The translations under genes and the position numbers were made by a program. A DNA stretch of 58,713 nt from Verrucomicrobiota bacterium (lineage in GTDB: Bacteria > Verrucomicrobiota > Lentisphaeria > Lentisphaerales > Lentisphaeraceae), in NCBI GenBank assembly GCA_039798785.1, contig JBDKFG010000026.1, positions 1-58,713 of the forward strand, given 5' to 3'. The notes beneath the pieces were generated by a model. The model saw nothing but the letters and a program-made list of their open reading frames with translations, had not been told where the DNA came from and ran no database searches. This document shows positions 1 through 8,253 of the stretch, piece by piece. Positions within the stretch are counted from its first letter, which is position 1, and the number at the start of each line of letters is the position of its first letter.

Positions 1-48
1 TCGCTCGCAAAGACACCCCAAATTATTCATTTGCTTAGTTTTGTGATT

Positions 49-69
49 ATGATACACGGCGTGTATCAT
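49..69. promoter_or_regulatory. Perfect inverted repeat ATGATACAC-GGC-GTGTATCAT, candidate operator
   Basis: 9-bp perfect arms in an AT-rich intergenic stretch. On the minus strand it overlaps a CATAAT -10-like hexamer upstream of an ATG at 30 that runs off the window. Confidence 0.45.
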
Positions 70-215
70 GTGAAGCGGTAACCATCTAAAAACCGCAGTA
101 GAGGAATGGAGCCGGGTTGAAAGGATGACGAAAGTCCGGAAGACGGACGAAGTCGATCGTTTCGCGCCGAGCGCAGAACGCGGCTCACTCCGAGAAGAGG
201 GAAGAATGGCCGATT

Positions 216-701
216 TCATTGCGTCAGCTTCTTCAACTGCTCCGGCTCCATCTCTTCGACATGGCCATCGCCCATCAGCACACTCAGCTTGCCGTTGATC
301 TGATGCGGCGCGGCGTCCCAGATCAGGGGCGAATGCGGATGGTTCCAATCGCTCCAGAGAGCGCCGTTGGCTTGCGGGTTCCAAAGATAGTGCAAGGAGG
401 CGCCGCGACGCCTGGCGGGACAGCTCAGCATGTTGGCGTCGAAGCCCAAGCCGCCGCTTTCCGGGCTGATCTTGAGATCGGTCAAAATCGGCAGACGCAG
501 CGTGCTGCCGTCGGCGTAATAGCTGTGGATCACCAGACCCATCTGCTTTAGGTGATTTTTGCATTTGGTGACCGGACGCCCCTGATTGACCGGGCCGCCC
601 AAGGCCGGCAAGATCAAGGCCGCAAGAAACCCAAAAACGCCGATGCCGAGCCAGATCGCCATCCAGGGCGAGACGCGGTCGCTGGGGTTTTCTTCACTCA
701 T
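216..701 (-). CDS. Minimal pilin-like / prepilin-processing-associated H-X9-DG-type protein (paralogue 1, 161 aa)
   Basis: Start re-assigned to ATG 701 (MSEENP..., ATGA overlap with upstream stop). Single TM, LPAL...CKNHLKQMGL..HSYY.DG helix, C-terminal PH-QINGKLSVLMG-DGHVE. Confidence 0.85.
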   Translation of the reverse strand: MSEENPSDRVSPWMAIWLGIGVFGFLAALILPALGGPVNQGRPVTKCKNHLKQMGLVIHSYYADGSTLRLPILTDLKISPESGGLGFDANMLSCPARRRGASLHYLWNPQANGALWSDWNHPHSPLIWDAAPHQINGKLSVLMGDGHVEEMEPEQLKKLTQ

Positions 702-1192
702 CGCTTTCTCCTTTCGACCAGCTCCGACGGCGTCAGCTCCTCGACATGGCCGTCGCCGAAGAGGACGATGATCTTGCCGTTGCTTTTGTGCGGCGAGGCG
801 TCCCAGATCAAGAGGGAATAGGGATTGTTCGCCCAATCGGCCCAGGGGCTGCCGCTGGCCTTGGGATTCCAGTGGTAGTGCGGCGTGGGCCCGAGGCGCG
901 CGGCCGGACAGGTCAACAGGTTGGCATCCAGGCCCAGGCCGCCGCACTCGGCAAAAACCCTGGGATCGCTGAAGACTGGAAGATTCAAAGTGGCGCCATC
1001 GGAGTAATAGCTCTGGATCGTCAGGCCGATCTGCTTCAGACGGTTTTTGCATTTGGCGATGCTGTGATTGACCTGAGAAGGGTGAGGTCTAAAAGCCGGC
1101 AGGATCATCGCCGCCAAGACGGCGCCAAGCACGAGGACCAGGAGAATCGTTGTCCATGACGGTGAACGATCTTGGGGGTTTTCTGCGCTCAT
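698..1192 (-). CDS. Minimal pilin-like H-X9-DG-type protein (paralogue 2, 164 aa)
   Basis: TM + MILPA...CKNRLKQIGL.IQSYYSDG, CPA, YHWNP, LIWDASPH...GDGHVE; GGAG RBS upstream. Confidence 0.85.
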   Translation of the reverse strand: MSAENPQDRSPSWTTILLVLVLGAVLAAMILPAFRPHPSQVNHSIAKCKNRLKQIGLTIQSYYSDGATLNLPVFSDPRVFAECGGLGLDANLLTCPAARLGPTPHYHWNPKASGSPWADWANNPYSLLIWDASPHKSNGKIIVLFGDGHVEELTPSELVERRKR

Positions 1193-1281
1193 CTGGATAT
1201 CTCCATGTGTCTTTTGGTTCGTCGCAAAACCTTCGCGACGGAGCCGCTGGGAGCTCCGGCGCCCCGCCGGGTGTTTTGCCC

Positions 1282-1520
1282 TCGTCGCGAAGCGACAGGA
1301 TGATTGTAGCCGGGGCTTTTAAGCCCCGGACAAGGCGACACCACGAGCGCCGTCGCGAAGCGACAGGATGACGGGTGAAGGCGATCCAACAAAGAGGAAT
1401 TCTTCACGAGAGAGGGACTGGCCGGGGTCATATCGTCACATCCTTCATGGTCTGTCATCCTGTCGCTTCGCGACGGCGAATCTTTTGAGCTCCCCACCGG
1501 CCACCGGGGGGTACATTCAT
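1282..1520. repeat. Composite REP-like palindromic element, family A, copy 1 (right end degenerate)
   Basis: CGTCGCGAAGCGACAGGATGA at 1283 and 1351, inverted copy at 1455-1475, GTAG-CCGGGGCTTTTAAGCCCCGG hairpin at 1306-1329; closely similar to 2552-2816. Confidence 0.85.
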
Positions 1521-1539
1521 AACCATCTCCTTACCGGAT

Positions 1540-2040
1540 TCATCGCCCCGAGCCCTCAAGACTTTTCAGATCCCGACGCTCGACATGGCCATCGCCAAAC
1601 ACCGCATTCACGAGACCGTCGACTCTGTGCGGCGAGGCATCCCAGATCAAAGGCGAGTTCGGGTTGTTCCATTCCGCCCAGGTGCCGCCGCTGAGCTTGG
1701 GATTCCAGACGTAATGGCATTTCCCATCGCGGTGAGTGGCGCGACAACTGAGACTATTGATGTCAAAACCGAAGCCCCCATCGGTCAGTTTGACCTCGCG
1801 GCCGCTCAGTAAGATCGGCAGATCCTGGGACGTCCCATCGGAATAATAACTTCTCAATGTCAGCGACAGGCTGAGCAATCGGCCATGGCAGTTCGTGACG
1901 TTGGCTTTTTCCCGGACATTACCCAGCGCAGGGAGCAACAAGGACAGAAATGCCAAGCTGAGCAGAACCAAAGCCAGGACCCAGAGATGCCAGGTCTTTG
2001 GGGCGGGATCCTCTTGAGGCGGGGGGCTGTCTTCGCTCAT
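1540..2040 (-). CDS. Minimal pilin-like H-X9-DG-type protein (paralogue 3, 166 aa)
   Basis: TM + LLPALGNVREKANVTNC...SYYSDG, WNPKLSGG, PLIWDASPH...GDGHVE. Confidence 0.85.
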   Translation of the reverse strand: MSEDSPPPQEDPAPKTWHLWVLALVLLSLAFLSLLLPALGNVREKANVTNCHGRLLSLSLTLRSYYSDGTSQDLPILLSGREVKLTDGGFGFDINSLSCRATHRDGKCHYVWNPKLSGGTWAEWNNPNSPLIWDASPHRVDGLVNAVFGDGHVERRDLKSLEGSGR

Positions 2041-2531
2041 CTTGTCCGATCCTTCAACTGTTCCGACGTCAGCTCCTCGACGTGGCCGTCGCCCATCAGC
2101 ACATTAAGCCTGCCGTTGACTTTGTGCGGCGCGGCATCCCAGATCAGCGGCGAGTCGGGGTTGTTCCAGATCGCCCAGGTGCTGCCGCTGAGTTTCGGAT
2201 TCCAGAGGTAATGCATCAAGCCGTCCTGGCGGGCGGCGGGGCAGCTGAGCATGTTGGCGTCGAGGCCGAAGCCGCCGTCATTTCCCGTGCTCACTTCCAA
2301 GCGTTTCAAGCTCGGGAGCGCGCTGGAAACGCCATCGGAATAATAACTCTGGAGACACAGGCCGACGATCTTCAAGTTGCCTTTGCACTTGGTGCAAGCG
2401 GCTTTTTGCCGAACCGTCCAAAGTGCGGACCAGGTCACCGCCAGGAGACCCGAGGCCCCGAGAACGGCAGCCAGGGCCCAGGCTCGCCAGGATTGGGGAT
2501 CCTTGTCACGAGGTTTTTCTTCTTCACTCAT
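2037..2531 (-). CDS. Minimal pilin-like H-X9-DG-type protein (paralogue 4, 164 aa)
   Basis: Same motif set; ATGA overlap with paralogue 3. Confidence 0.85.
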   Translation of the reverse strand: MSEEEKPRDKDPQSWRAWALAAVLGASGLLAVTWSALWTVRQKAACTKCKGNLKIVGLCLQSYYSDGVSSALPSLKRLEVSTGNDGGFGLDANMLSCPAARQDGLMHYLWNPKLSGSTWAIWNNPDSPLIWDAAPHKVNGRLNVLMGDGHVEELTSEQLKDRTR

Positions 2532-2551
2532 TGGCTCAGCTTCCAGTTTGT

Positions 2552-2816
2552 TCGTCGCGAAGCGACAGGATGAATGTAGCCGGGGCTTTTAAGCCCCGGA
2601 CAAGACCGGCCCACGAGCGCCGTCGCGAAGCGACAGGATGACATCGGGCCAGGGCGATCAATCAAAGAGGAATTCTTCACGAGGGAGGAACGAGCCGGGT
2701 TCCTATCGTCATCTCCTTCATGGTCTGTCATCCTGTCGCTTCGCGACGGCGAGCGTTTTTGGATTCCCACCGGGGCTTGAAAGCCCCGGCTACATTCATC
2801 CTGTCGCTTCGCGACG
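2552..2816. repeat. Composite REP-like palindromic element, family A, copy 2 (complete, ~265 bp)
   Basis: Four 21-bp units (two direct at 2553/2621, two inverted at 2728/2796) plus two inverted GTAG-CCGGGGCTT(T/G)..AAGCCCCGG hairpins. Confidence 0.9.
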
Positions 2817-2832
2817 GAGCGGCATGCCGGGC

Positions 2833-3333
2833 TCATCGCGTCAGCTCCTTCAATTGCTCCGGCGTCAGCTCTTTGACGAACCCGTCACCCATGAGCACAT
2901 TCAGCTTGCCGTTGAGCTTGTGGGGGGTGGCATCCCAGATCAAGGGTGAGTTCGGGTTGTTCCAATCCGCCCATTTGCCGCCGCTGAGCTTGGGGTTCCA
3001 GACGTAGTCCAGGCAAGGGCCATGATGCATTGCGGGGCAGCTCAGCATGTTGGCGTCGAAACCGAAACCGCTGTTGTTAGCGACGCTGACTTCAAAGCTC
3101 TTCAGCACGGGCAAGGCGGTGGAGGTGCCGTCGGAGTAATAGCTGATCAGCGAAAGGCCCAACTGTTTGAGTTTGTTTTTGCAATTAGTGATCTTTGGCT
3201 TTTCATACTCTGTGCAGTTAGTGGGCTGCAGCGCGAGAACAGCAAATCCTCCGAGAATCCCGAGAACAATCACTGGCAGCCAATGGCTCGGGAATTCAAG
3301 CCGGCTGCTTGAGGGCTGGGGTTCCTCGCTCAT
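2833..3333 (-). CDS. Minimal pilin-like H-X9-DG-type protein (paralogue 5, 166 aa)
   Basis: Start re-assigned to ATG 3333 (MSEEPQ..., ATGA overlap). Same motifs, ending in GDGFVKE (second His lost). Confidence 0.85.
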   Translation of the reverse strand: MSEEPQPSSSRLEFPSHWLPVIVLGILGGFAVLALQPTNCTEYEKPKITNCKNKLKQLGLSLISYYSDGTSTALPVLKSFEVSVANNSGFGFDANMLSCPAMHHGPCLDYVWNPKLSGGKWADWNNPNSPLIWDATPHKLNGKLNVLMGDGFVKELTPEQLKELTR

Positions 3334-5537
3334 CGCATCATCTCCTGCATCGACTCGACGCTGATCTCCTCGACGTGGCCGTCGCCGAAGACGGCGTTGA
3401 GCCTGCCGTTGACCCGGTGTGGCGAGGCGTCCCAGATCAAGGCGGAGTTCGGGTTGTTCCAGTCTTCCCATTTGCCGCCGCTGAGTTTAGGATTCCAGAC
3501 GAAATGGGTCGAGTGGTCGTGGCGGGCGGCGCAGCAATTCAGCATGTTGGCGTCGAAGCCGAAGCCGCCGTCATTGGCGGCGCTGACCTCAAGGCTATTG
3601 AGGTTCGGCAAGGCGGTGGAGGTGCCGTCGGAGTAATAGCTTTGGATGACCAGTCCGGCCTGCTTCAAGCTGCCTTTGCATTTGGTGACGTTGGCTTTTT
3701 CGCGGACTCCTCCGACAGATGGCATCAACATCGCGGCGAGGACGGCGAGGATGATGAAGGCGATGAGCAGGACTTTGGCGATTTGAAACACGCCGTCGAA
3801 GGAAGGCGGGGGCGGGCTTTGTCCCTGCCTTTGCTCAAGAATGGCGGCGGCCTTGTCCTGCGCTTTTTTCAGCTGGGGATCGGCCTCTTCGGTCCCTTCG
3901 TCTTTCGCCCCATTTTCCAGCACATCCGAGCTGAGCTCCTGGGGCGGCGGCGAGGGCGGCGCGGCTTCGGGAGGGGGAGGCTTCGGGCGCAGGCTGACCT
4001 TGAGGCCGAGGGCGAGGAGGGCGAAGCCGGTCAGGATCATCAGCCAGCCGTCGCCGATCAGGTTGGAGCGGAAGAGCGGGAAGACGAGTGAGGCGGCGAG
4101 GGTTCCGGCCATGATCTTCTGGGCGGCGAGGCGCCAGAAGAGGGCGGCGAAGATCAGGCAGCTGAGGGAGGGCAGGGCCGACCAGGCGTCGCGCCAGAGG
4201 GGGCCGAAGCTGTTGCACAGGACCAGGCCGATGACGCCGCTCCAGGCCCAATTGGGATCGAGCTTGTCGCGGCAGCGCAGCCAGCTGAGGCAGATGAGGG
4301 CGCTGTAGAGGCCGAGGAGGGCGCCCGGGACGAAGAAGCCATGGGAGTGGCAGAAGCTGCGGAACTGGAAGTTGTTGCCGAGGGCGAAGAGGAGGGCGAA
4401 GATCGCCGCGGCGGCCCAGAGTCCGCGGCGGTACCAGAGGGCGGCGGCCCAGGCGAGGGCGGCGAGGCCGCAGAAGAGGCTTTCCCAAGGCAGGGCCTTG
4501 CCGGTGGCCTGGGCGCCGCCGCTGAGGTAGAAGGCGCCGGCGAGGCAGCCGAGGGAGCAGGCGGCGAGGGAATAGACTCGGCAACGCCAGGCGCAAAGGC
4601 CGCAGAGGACGCCGCAGAGCAGCAGTTGCAGCCAGGGCGAGCCGAGCTGATCGATCAGGCCGGGGCCGGGACTTTGGCTCCAATTCTGGCTGAAGAGGAC
4701 GGTCAAGGCCAGGCCGCAGCCGAGGGCTTCGAGGACTCCTTGGTCCTGGTGGCGTCGGCAGACTTCCGACAAGGAGGCGATGAGCAGCAGGATCAGCTGG
4801 GCCAGGGCGAAGGCGCAGAGGCTGCCGGATTTGACGTAGACCCAGGAGAGGAGCCAGATCTGGACCACCGCACCCAGGCTGATGAGGAGGACCCAGGTCC
4901 AGCCCAGGCCGCGGCTTTCGAGGAGGGGGCCGGGAGCGGGCTCGGGATTCCACTTGGGATCGATCTCCTTGAGCTTGGCGAGAAGGAGCAGGGAGAGAAG
5001 CATCTCGACGGCGAGGAAGCTAATCGTCCAGCCCGGGACTTCCAGCATCTGATCAAGGGCCCAGTGCAAGCTCGGCACCAGGGCCAGGCACAAGCCTTGG
5101 AGCAGGCAGAGGACGATCGTCACCGGCAGCGGCAGGGCCAACTGGATTTTCTGGCGCAGGGTCCAGACAACGCCGAGGCAGACGCCGAAGCTGAGGCAGC
5201 CGAAACCGGTCACCACGCCGGGTGTGCCGGTGACCGCGAGCCCGACCACGGCGTTGGCGCCGAGCAGGACGCCAAGCAGGACGACGAGGCAGACCGCTTC
5301 TTCCTTCAGGGCGCGTCCGAGGACGAGCAGGCAGACACTGGCCAGCATCGCCAATTCGTACAGGCTGAGCGAGCCGAGACAGAGCCATTTGGGCAGGAGC
5401 TCGCTGCCGTTCAAGGTGCCTTTCGACAGGCGGTAGATGCCGAAGAGGACGAAGGCGGCGCTGACGCTGTAAATAGCGGTACTCAGGCCGATTCGTGCCG
5501 ACCAGTCGACGGCTGGGGTTTCTGGGGACTTATCCAT
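3330..5537 (-). CDS. Polytopic membrane protein fused to a C-terminal H-X9-DG-type pilin-like unit (735 aa)
   Basis: About 515 aa of consecutive hydrophobic helices, a Pro/Glu-rich linker, then TM + MLMPSVGGVREKANVTKCKGSLKQAGL..SYYSDG...PH...GDGHVE. Confidence 0.85.
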   Translation of the reverse strand: MDKSPETPAVDWSARIGLSTAIYSVSAAFVLFGIYRLSKGTLNGSELLPKWLCLGSLSLYELAMLASVCLLVLGRALKEEAVCLVVLLGVLLGANAVVGLAVTGTPGVVTGFGCLSFGVCLGVVWTLRQKIQLALPLPVTIVLCLLQGLCLALVPSLHWALDQMLEVPGWTISFLAVEMLLSLLLLAKLKEIDPKWNPEPAPGPLLESRGLGWTWVLLISLGAVVQIWLLSWVYVKSGSLCAFALAQLILLLIASLSEVCRRHQDQGVLEALGCGLALTVLFSQNWSQSPGPGLIDQLGSPWLQLLLCGVLCGLCAWRCRVYSLAACSLGCLAGAFYLSGGAQATGKALPWESLFCGLAALAWAAALWYRRGLWAAAAIFALLFALGNNFQFRSFCHSHGFFVPGALLGLYSALICLSWLRCRDKLDPNWAWSGVIGLVLCNSFGPLWRDAWSALPSLSCLIFAALFWRLAAQKIMAGTLAASLVFPLFRSNLIGDGWLMILTGFALLALGLKVSLRPKPPPPEAAPPSPPPQELSSDVLENGAKDEGTEEADPQLKKAQDKAAAILEQRQGQSPPPPSFDGVFQIAKVLLIAFIILAVLAAMLMPSVGGVREKANVTKCKGSLKQAGLVIQSYYSDGTSTALPNLNSLEVSAANDGGFGFDANMLNCCAARHDHSTHFVWNPKLSGGKWEDWNNPNSALIWDASPHRVNGRLNAVFGDGHVEEISVESMQEMMR

Positions 5538-5661
5538 CGGATCACCTCATCTTTGTTGCTTGTAATTCATTGTAGGGAGATTCCGAACTTCCCCGCAAGT
5601 CAACAAAGAAGATTTTTCCGCTCGAACCGCCGCGAAAGATCCTCTGGAAAACTCAGGCGCC

Positions 5662-5780
5662 TCGTCGCAAAGCGGCAGGATGATTCATGAATGAGCGCCG
5701 ATCAGGTCGAGCTTCCAGCTTGAGAAAGGAGCACGGGCGTCCCGCCCGTGAAGGCGACAGGCGGGACGCCTGTCCTCCTT
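5662..5780. repeat. Cluster of REP-like palindromes
   Basis: Degenerate family-A unit (5662-5683), TCGAGCTTCCAGCTTGA hairpin (~5707-5723), and inverted pair AAGGAGCACGGGCGTCCCGCCCGT / ACAGGCGGGACGCCTGTCCTCCTT (~5726-5780). Confidence 0.7.
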
Positions 5781-5809
5781 TGAGCGAAGGAAACGCCACG
5801 ACAGGAGCT

Positions 5810-6151
5810 TCACTCCTCTCCGGCGACCAGCTTGATCCGGCACTGGGTGTCTTCGGAAAATCGCGCGAGATCGGCGTCGCTCAAGAGCTCTTCCTGACGC
5901 ATCGCCGCCAAGTGGATGATCGCGGTCGAGCGGCGGTAGTCGTCGAAGATCCGCCGGATCGTCTTGGTCCGCTTGTAGATCCGTTCGTCGAGGTCGAAAT
6001 AGCGCTCGCGGGCCGAAGCCTTCCGGTGCTGGATCGATTCGAGCTCGACCAGGACTTGCTGGCAATAGCGCTCAAGCAGGACCGGATGCAGCTCCGTGAA
6101 GATTTTCCAATAACTTCGTGTCTTTCGTGGTGAAATTGGGTTCTGGCTCAA
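5810..6151 (-). CDS. Small helical conserved hypothetical protein (~113 aa)
   Basis: Protein-like C-terminal part of the long ORF (WKIF..LERYCQQVL..ERYFDL..FDDYRRSTAI..FSEDT); TTG start at 6151 overlaps the upstream TGA. Confidence 0.65.
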   Translation of the reverse strand: MSQNPISPRKTRSYWKIFTELHPVLLERYCQQVLVELESIQHRKASARERYFDLDERIYKRTKTIRRIFDDYRRSTAIIHLAAMRQEELLSDADLARFSEDTQCRIKLVAGEE

Positions 6152-6558
6152 TCCAACTTCCGCACCAGCGCCTGGAGGAAGAGCAGGGTGTCGGTGAATT
6201 CGCGGCCGAGGAGATTGGGCAGTTCCGGGGTGTCGAGGCGCTCGGGCGACCAAGGCTGGGGATCGAGGAGGCAGAGGTGGCCGCCGTTGCTGCGGCGGAT
6301 GCCGAGGTAGCATTGGGCCGCGACTTTTTTTAATCCCGGGTCGTCGGGGAAGAGCACTTGGACGCCGTTGGGGATGAGGAAGGCGCCGTAGCTGAGGACG
6401 TTGGCGCAAGGGGCATGGGCGGGGTCGTAGCTGAAGCCGGCCTGTTCGACGCCGTCGAGGAGGAAGCGGCTGGTTTTGAGGCGTCCGGCCGGGCCGGGCT
6501 CGGTGAGGATGGCGCAGCGCAGGCGGCAGCCGCGGGAGATTTCAGCGAGCAGATCCAT
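6148..6558 (-). CDS. Hypothetical protein (~136 aa)
   Basis: GC-rich codon usage; ATG 6558 overlaps the folP end, giving a tightly packed operon. Confidence 0.65.
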   Translation of the reverse strand: MDLLAEISRGCRLRCAILTEPGPAGRLKTSRFLLDGVEQAGFSYDPAHAPCANVLSYGAFLIPNGVQVLFPDDPGLKKVAAQCYLGIRRSNGGHLCLLDPQPWSPERLDTPELPNLLGREFTDTLLFLQALVRKLD

Positions 6559-7378
6559 GGGGGTCTCCGGCAAGGGGGTGGAAAGGGAGCAGGGCATCGA
6601 TCAGGCGTGCCGCCTGGACTGCCTCGGCGACGTCGTGGACGCGGAGGACGCTGGCGCCGGCGAGCTGGGCGGCGCTGTGGGCGGCGAGGGTGCCCGGAAG
6701 GCGGCGGCGGGCCTCGTTTTCGCCACAGGTCGCGCCGATGAAGGATTTGCGCGAGCAGCCGGCGAGGAGGGGCAGGCCGAGGCTCCGGAGCTCACCGAAA
6801 CGGGCGAGCAGCTCGAGGTTCTGGGCCGTGTTCTTGGCGAAGCCGAAGCCGGGGTCGAGGAGGATGCGCTGGCGCGAAATGCCGGCGGCAAGCATGACTT
6901 CGACCGCACTCGCCAGCTCGGCCTTCACCTCGGCGACGACATCGGCGTAAACCGCCTTCGACATCATGTCGGCGGGAGTGCCTCGCAGGTGCATGGCGAC
7001 GCAGAAGCAGCCGCGTTCCGCCGCGAGGCGGCGCATCCGGGGATCGCGGAAACCGGTGACGTCGTTGATCCAGGTGGCGCCGGCCTCGAGGGCGGCGGCG
7101 GCGACCTCCGGCTTGCTGGTGTCGATGCTGATCTCGACCGGAACTTGCGCCGAGCGCAAGGCGGCGATCACCGGCAGGACCCGGCGGAGCTCTTCCTCAA
7201 GCGAAACCGGGGGCGAGCCGGGGCGGGTCGATTCGCCGCCGATGTCGAGGATGTCGGCCCCTTCGGCGATCATTTTCAGGCCGGCGGCGAGGGCGGTGGA
7301 GGGATCGAGGTTGAGGCCGCCGTCGGAAAAGGAATCCGGGGTGGCGTTGAGCACCCCCATGATGCGGGTGCGGGTCAT
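6542..7378 (-). CDS. folP: Dihydropteroate synthase
   Basis: IMGVLNATPDSFSDGG, DIGGESTRPG, SIDT, DPGFGFAK, SRKSF and LRVHDV motifs; start re-assigned to ATG 7378. Confidence 0.97.
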   Translation of the reverse strand: MTRTRIMGVLNATPDSFSDGGLNLDPSTALAAGLKMIAEGADILDIGGESTRPGSPPVSLEEELRRVLPVIAALRSAQVPVEISIDTSKPEVAAAALEAGATWINDVTGFRDPRMRRLAAERGCFCVAMHLRGTPADMMSKAVYADVVAEVKAELASAVEVMLAAGISRQRILLDPGFGFAKNTAQNLELLARFGELRSLGLPLLAGCSRKSFIGATCGENEARRRLPGTLAAHSAAQLAGASVLRVHDVAEAVQAARLIDALLPFHPLAGDPHGSAR

Positions 7379-7384
7379 TGGAGC

Positions 7385-7525
7385 AGGTAAAAAGGTAAAA
7401 AGGTTGAAAGGTTGGAGAGATGAGCCACAGCAAGCAGAAGCATGGCTGCAAGACTTGCCCGTGGGGCCTTTAGTAATTTTCTGGAGCTCATGTGTTTGCC
7501 TTTCAACCTTTGAACCATTCAACCT
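7385..7525. repeat. Short element bounded by inverted octamer arrays
   Basis: AGGTAAAA x2/AGGTTGAA/AGGTTGGA at 7385-7416 and inverted TTCAACCT/TTGAACCA/TTCAACCT at 7502-7525. Confidence 0.6.
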
Positions 7526-7540
7526 GGTTCCTCATGTTCA

Positions 7541-7933
7541 TCAAACTTCCTGCGCGTGGGATCGGACCCATTCGGTGAGGGCCTCTTCGCTGAGCTCGCC
7601 GGCGGCGAGGGCGAGCATGGTCCTGAGCTTGTCGATTTGGGGTGCCTGGAGATCACAGCCGTTCAACTTCAGCATCAGCCGGAGCGCCACCCAAGCGGTG
7701 CGCTTGTTGCCGTCGACGAAGGGGTGGTTGCGGGCGATGCCGAAGGCGTAGGCGGCGGCGAGGGCCGGCAGGTCAGGCGGCGGTTGACCGTAGGCCCATT
7801 TCTGTTGTGGCCGCATCAAGGCAGAATCGAGCATGTCCTGAGCCCGGATGCCGCTGCCGCCGCCGTGCTCGGCCAACTGCCGCTCATGCACCGCCAGGAC
7901 CAGTTCCGGCCATAACCCGCGAGGCTCAGTCAT
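7541..7933 (-). CDS. doc: Death-on-curing (Doc/Fic family) toxin
   Basis: Fic/Doc signature HPFVDGNKRTA, N-terminal HGGGSGIR, 130 aa. Confidence 0.93.
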   Translation of the reverse strand: MTEPRGLWPELVLAVHERQLAEHGGGSGIRAQDMLDSALMRPQQKWAYGQPPPDLPALAAAYAFGIARNHPFVDGNKRTAWVALRLMLKLNGCDLQAPQIDKLRTMLALAAGELSEEALTEWVRSHAQEV

Positions 7934-8160
7934 TTGGCCAACTCGCGCAAGACATCGCGGTCCTGACGCATGATCGATTCGGCGAGATCCATCGCCTCTT
8001 CAAGTTCATTGGTGTATTGGCCGACGCGGAAGCCGTCGGGGGTGTCGGTGAGGAAGATCTTGTCGCCTTTCTCGACCTGGAGTTGCGCCAGGATCTCCTT
8101 CGGCAGGATGACGCCGAGGGAATTGCCGATGGAGATGATCTTCAGTGCGATGGCGGCCAT
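7930..8160 (-). CDS. AbrB/MazE-like antitoxin
   Basis: LKIISIGNSLGVILPKE..L.VEKGD motif, 76 aa, ATGA overlap with doc. Confidence 0.92.
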   Translation of the reverse strand: MAAIALKIISIGNSLGVILPKEILAQLQVEKGDKIFLTDTPDGFRVGQYTNELEEAMDLAESIMRQDRDVLRELAK

Positions 8161-8194
8161 GAGGGACTCCGGGGTTGAGGGGGCTTCACCGGAA

Positions 8195-8216
8195 TTATAA
8201 CCGATGTTATAACATC
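8195..8216. promoter_or_regulatory. Probable toxin-antitoxin autoregulatory operator
   Basis: TTATAAC-CGAT-GTTATAA inverted repeat overlapping the perfect palindrome GATGTTATAACATC, about 35-55 bp upstream of the antitoxin start. Confidence 0.7.
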
Positions 8217-8253
8217 TCGCAAGATCTTGGATTCGATTAGCTTCCGGGATCTT

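Noticed and set aside
216..1052. ORF-track N-terminal extensions (also 2833-3471, 6542-7522, 12664-14379, 20802-22058, 26901-28607, 28337-29686, 40907, 42463)
   Set aside because: The extensions overlap neighbouring genes or intergenic repeats; internal ATGs with RBS or ATGA coupling match the family N-termini.
1282..2816. CRISPR array from the repeated 21-mer CGTCGCGAAGCGACAGGATGA
   Set aside because: Units occur in both orientations, the spacers are shared between copies rather than unique, spacing is irregular, and there are no cas genes.
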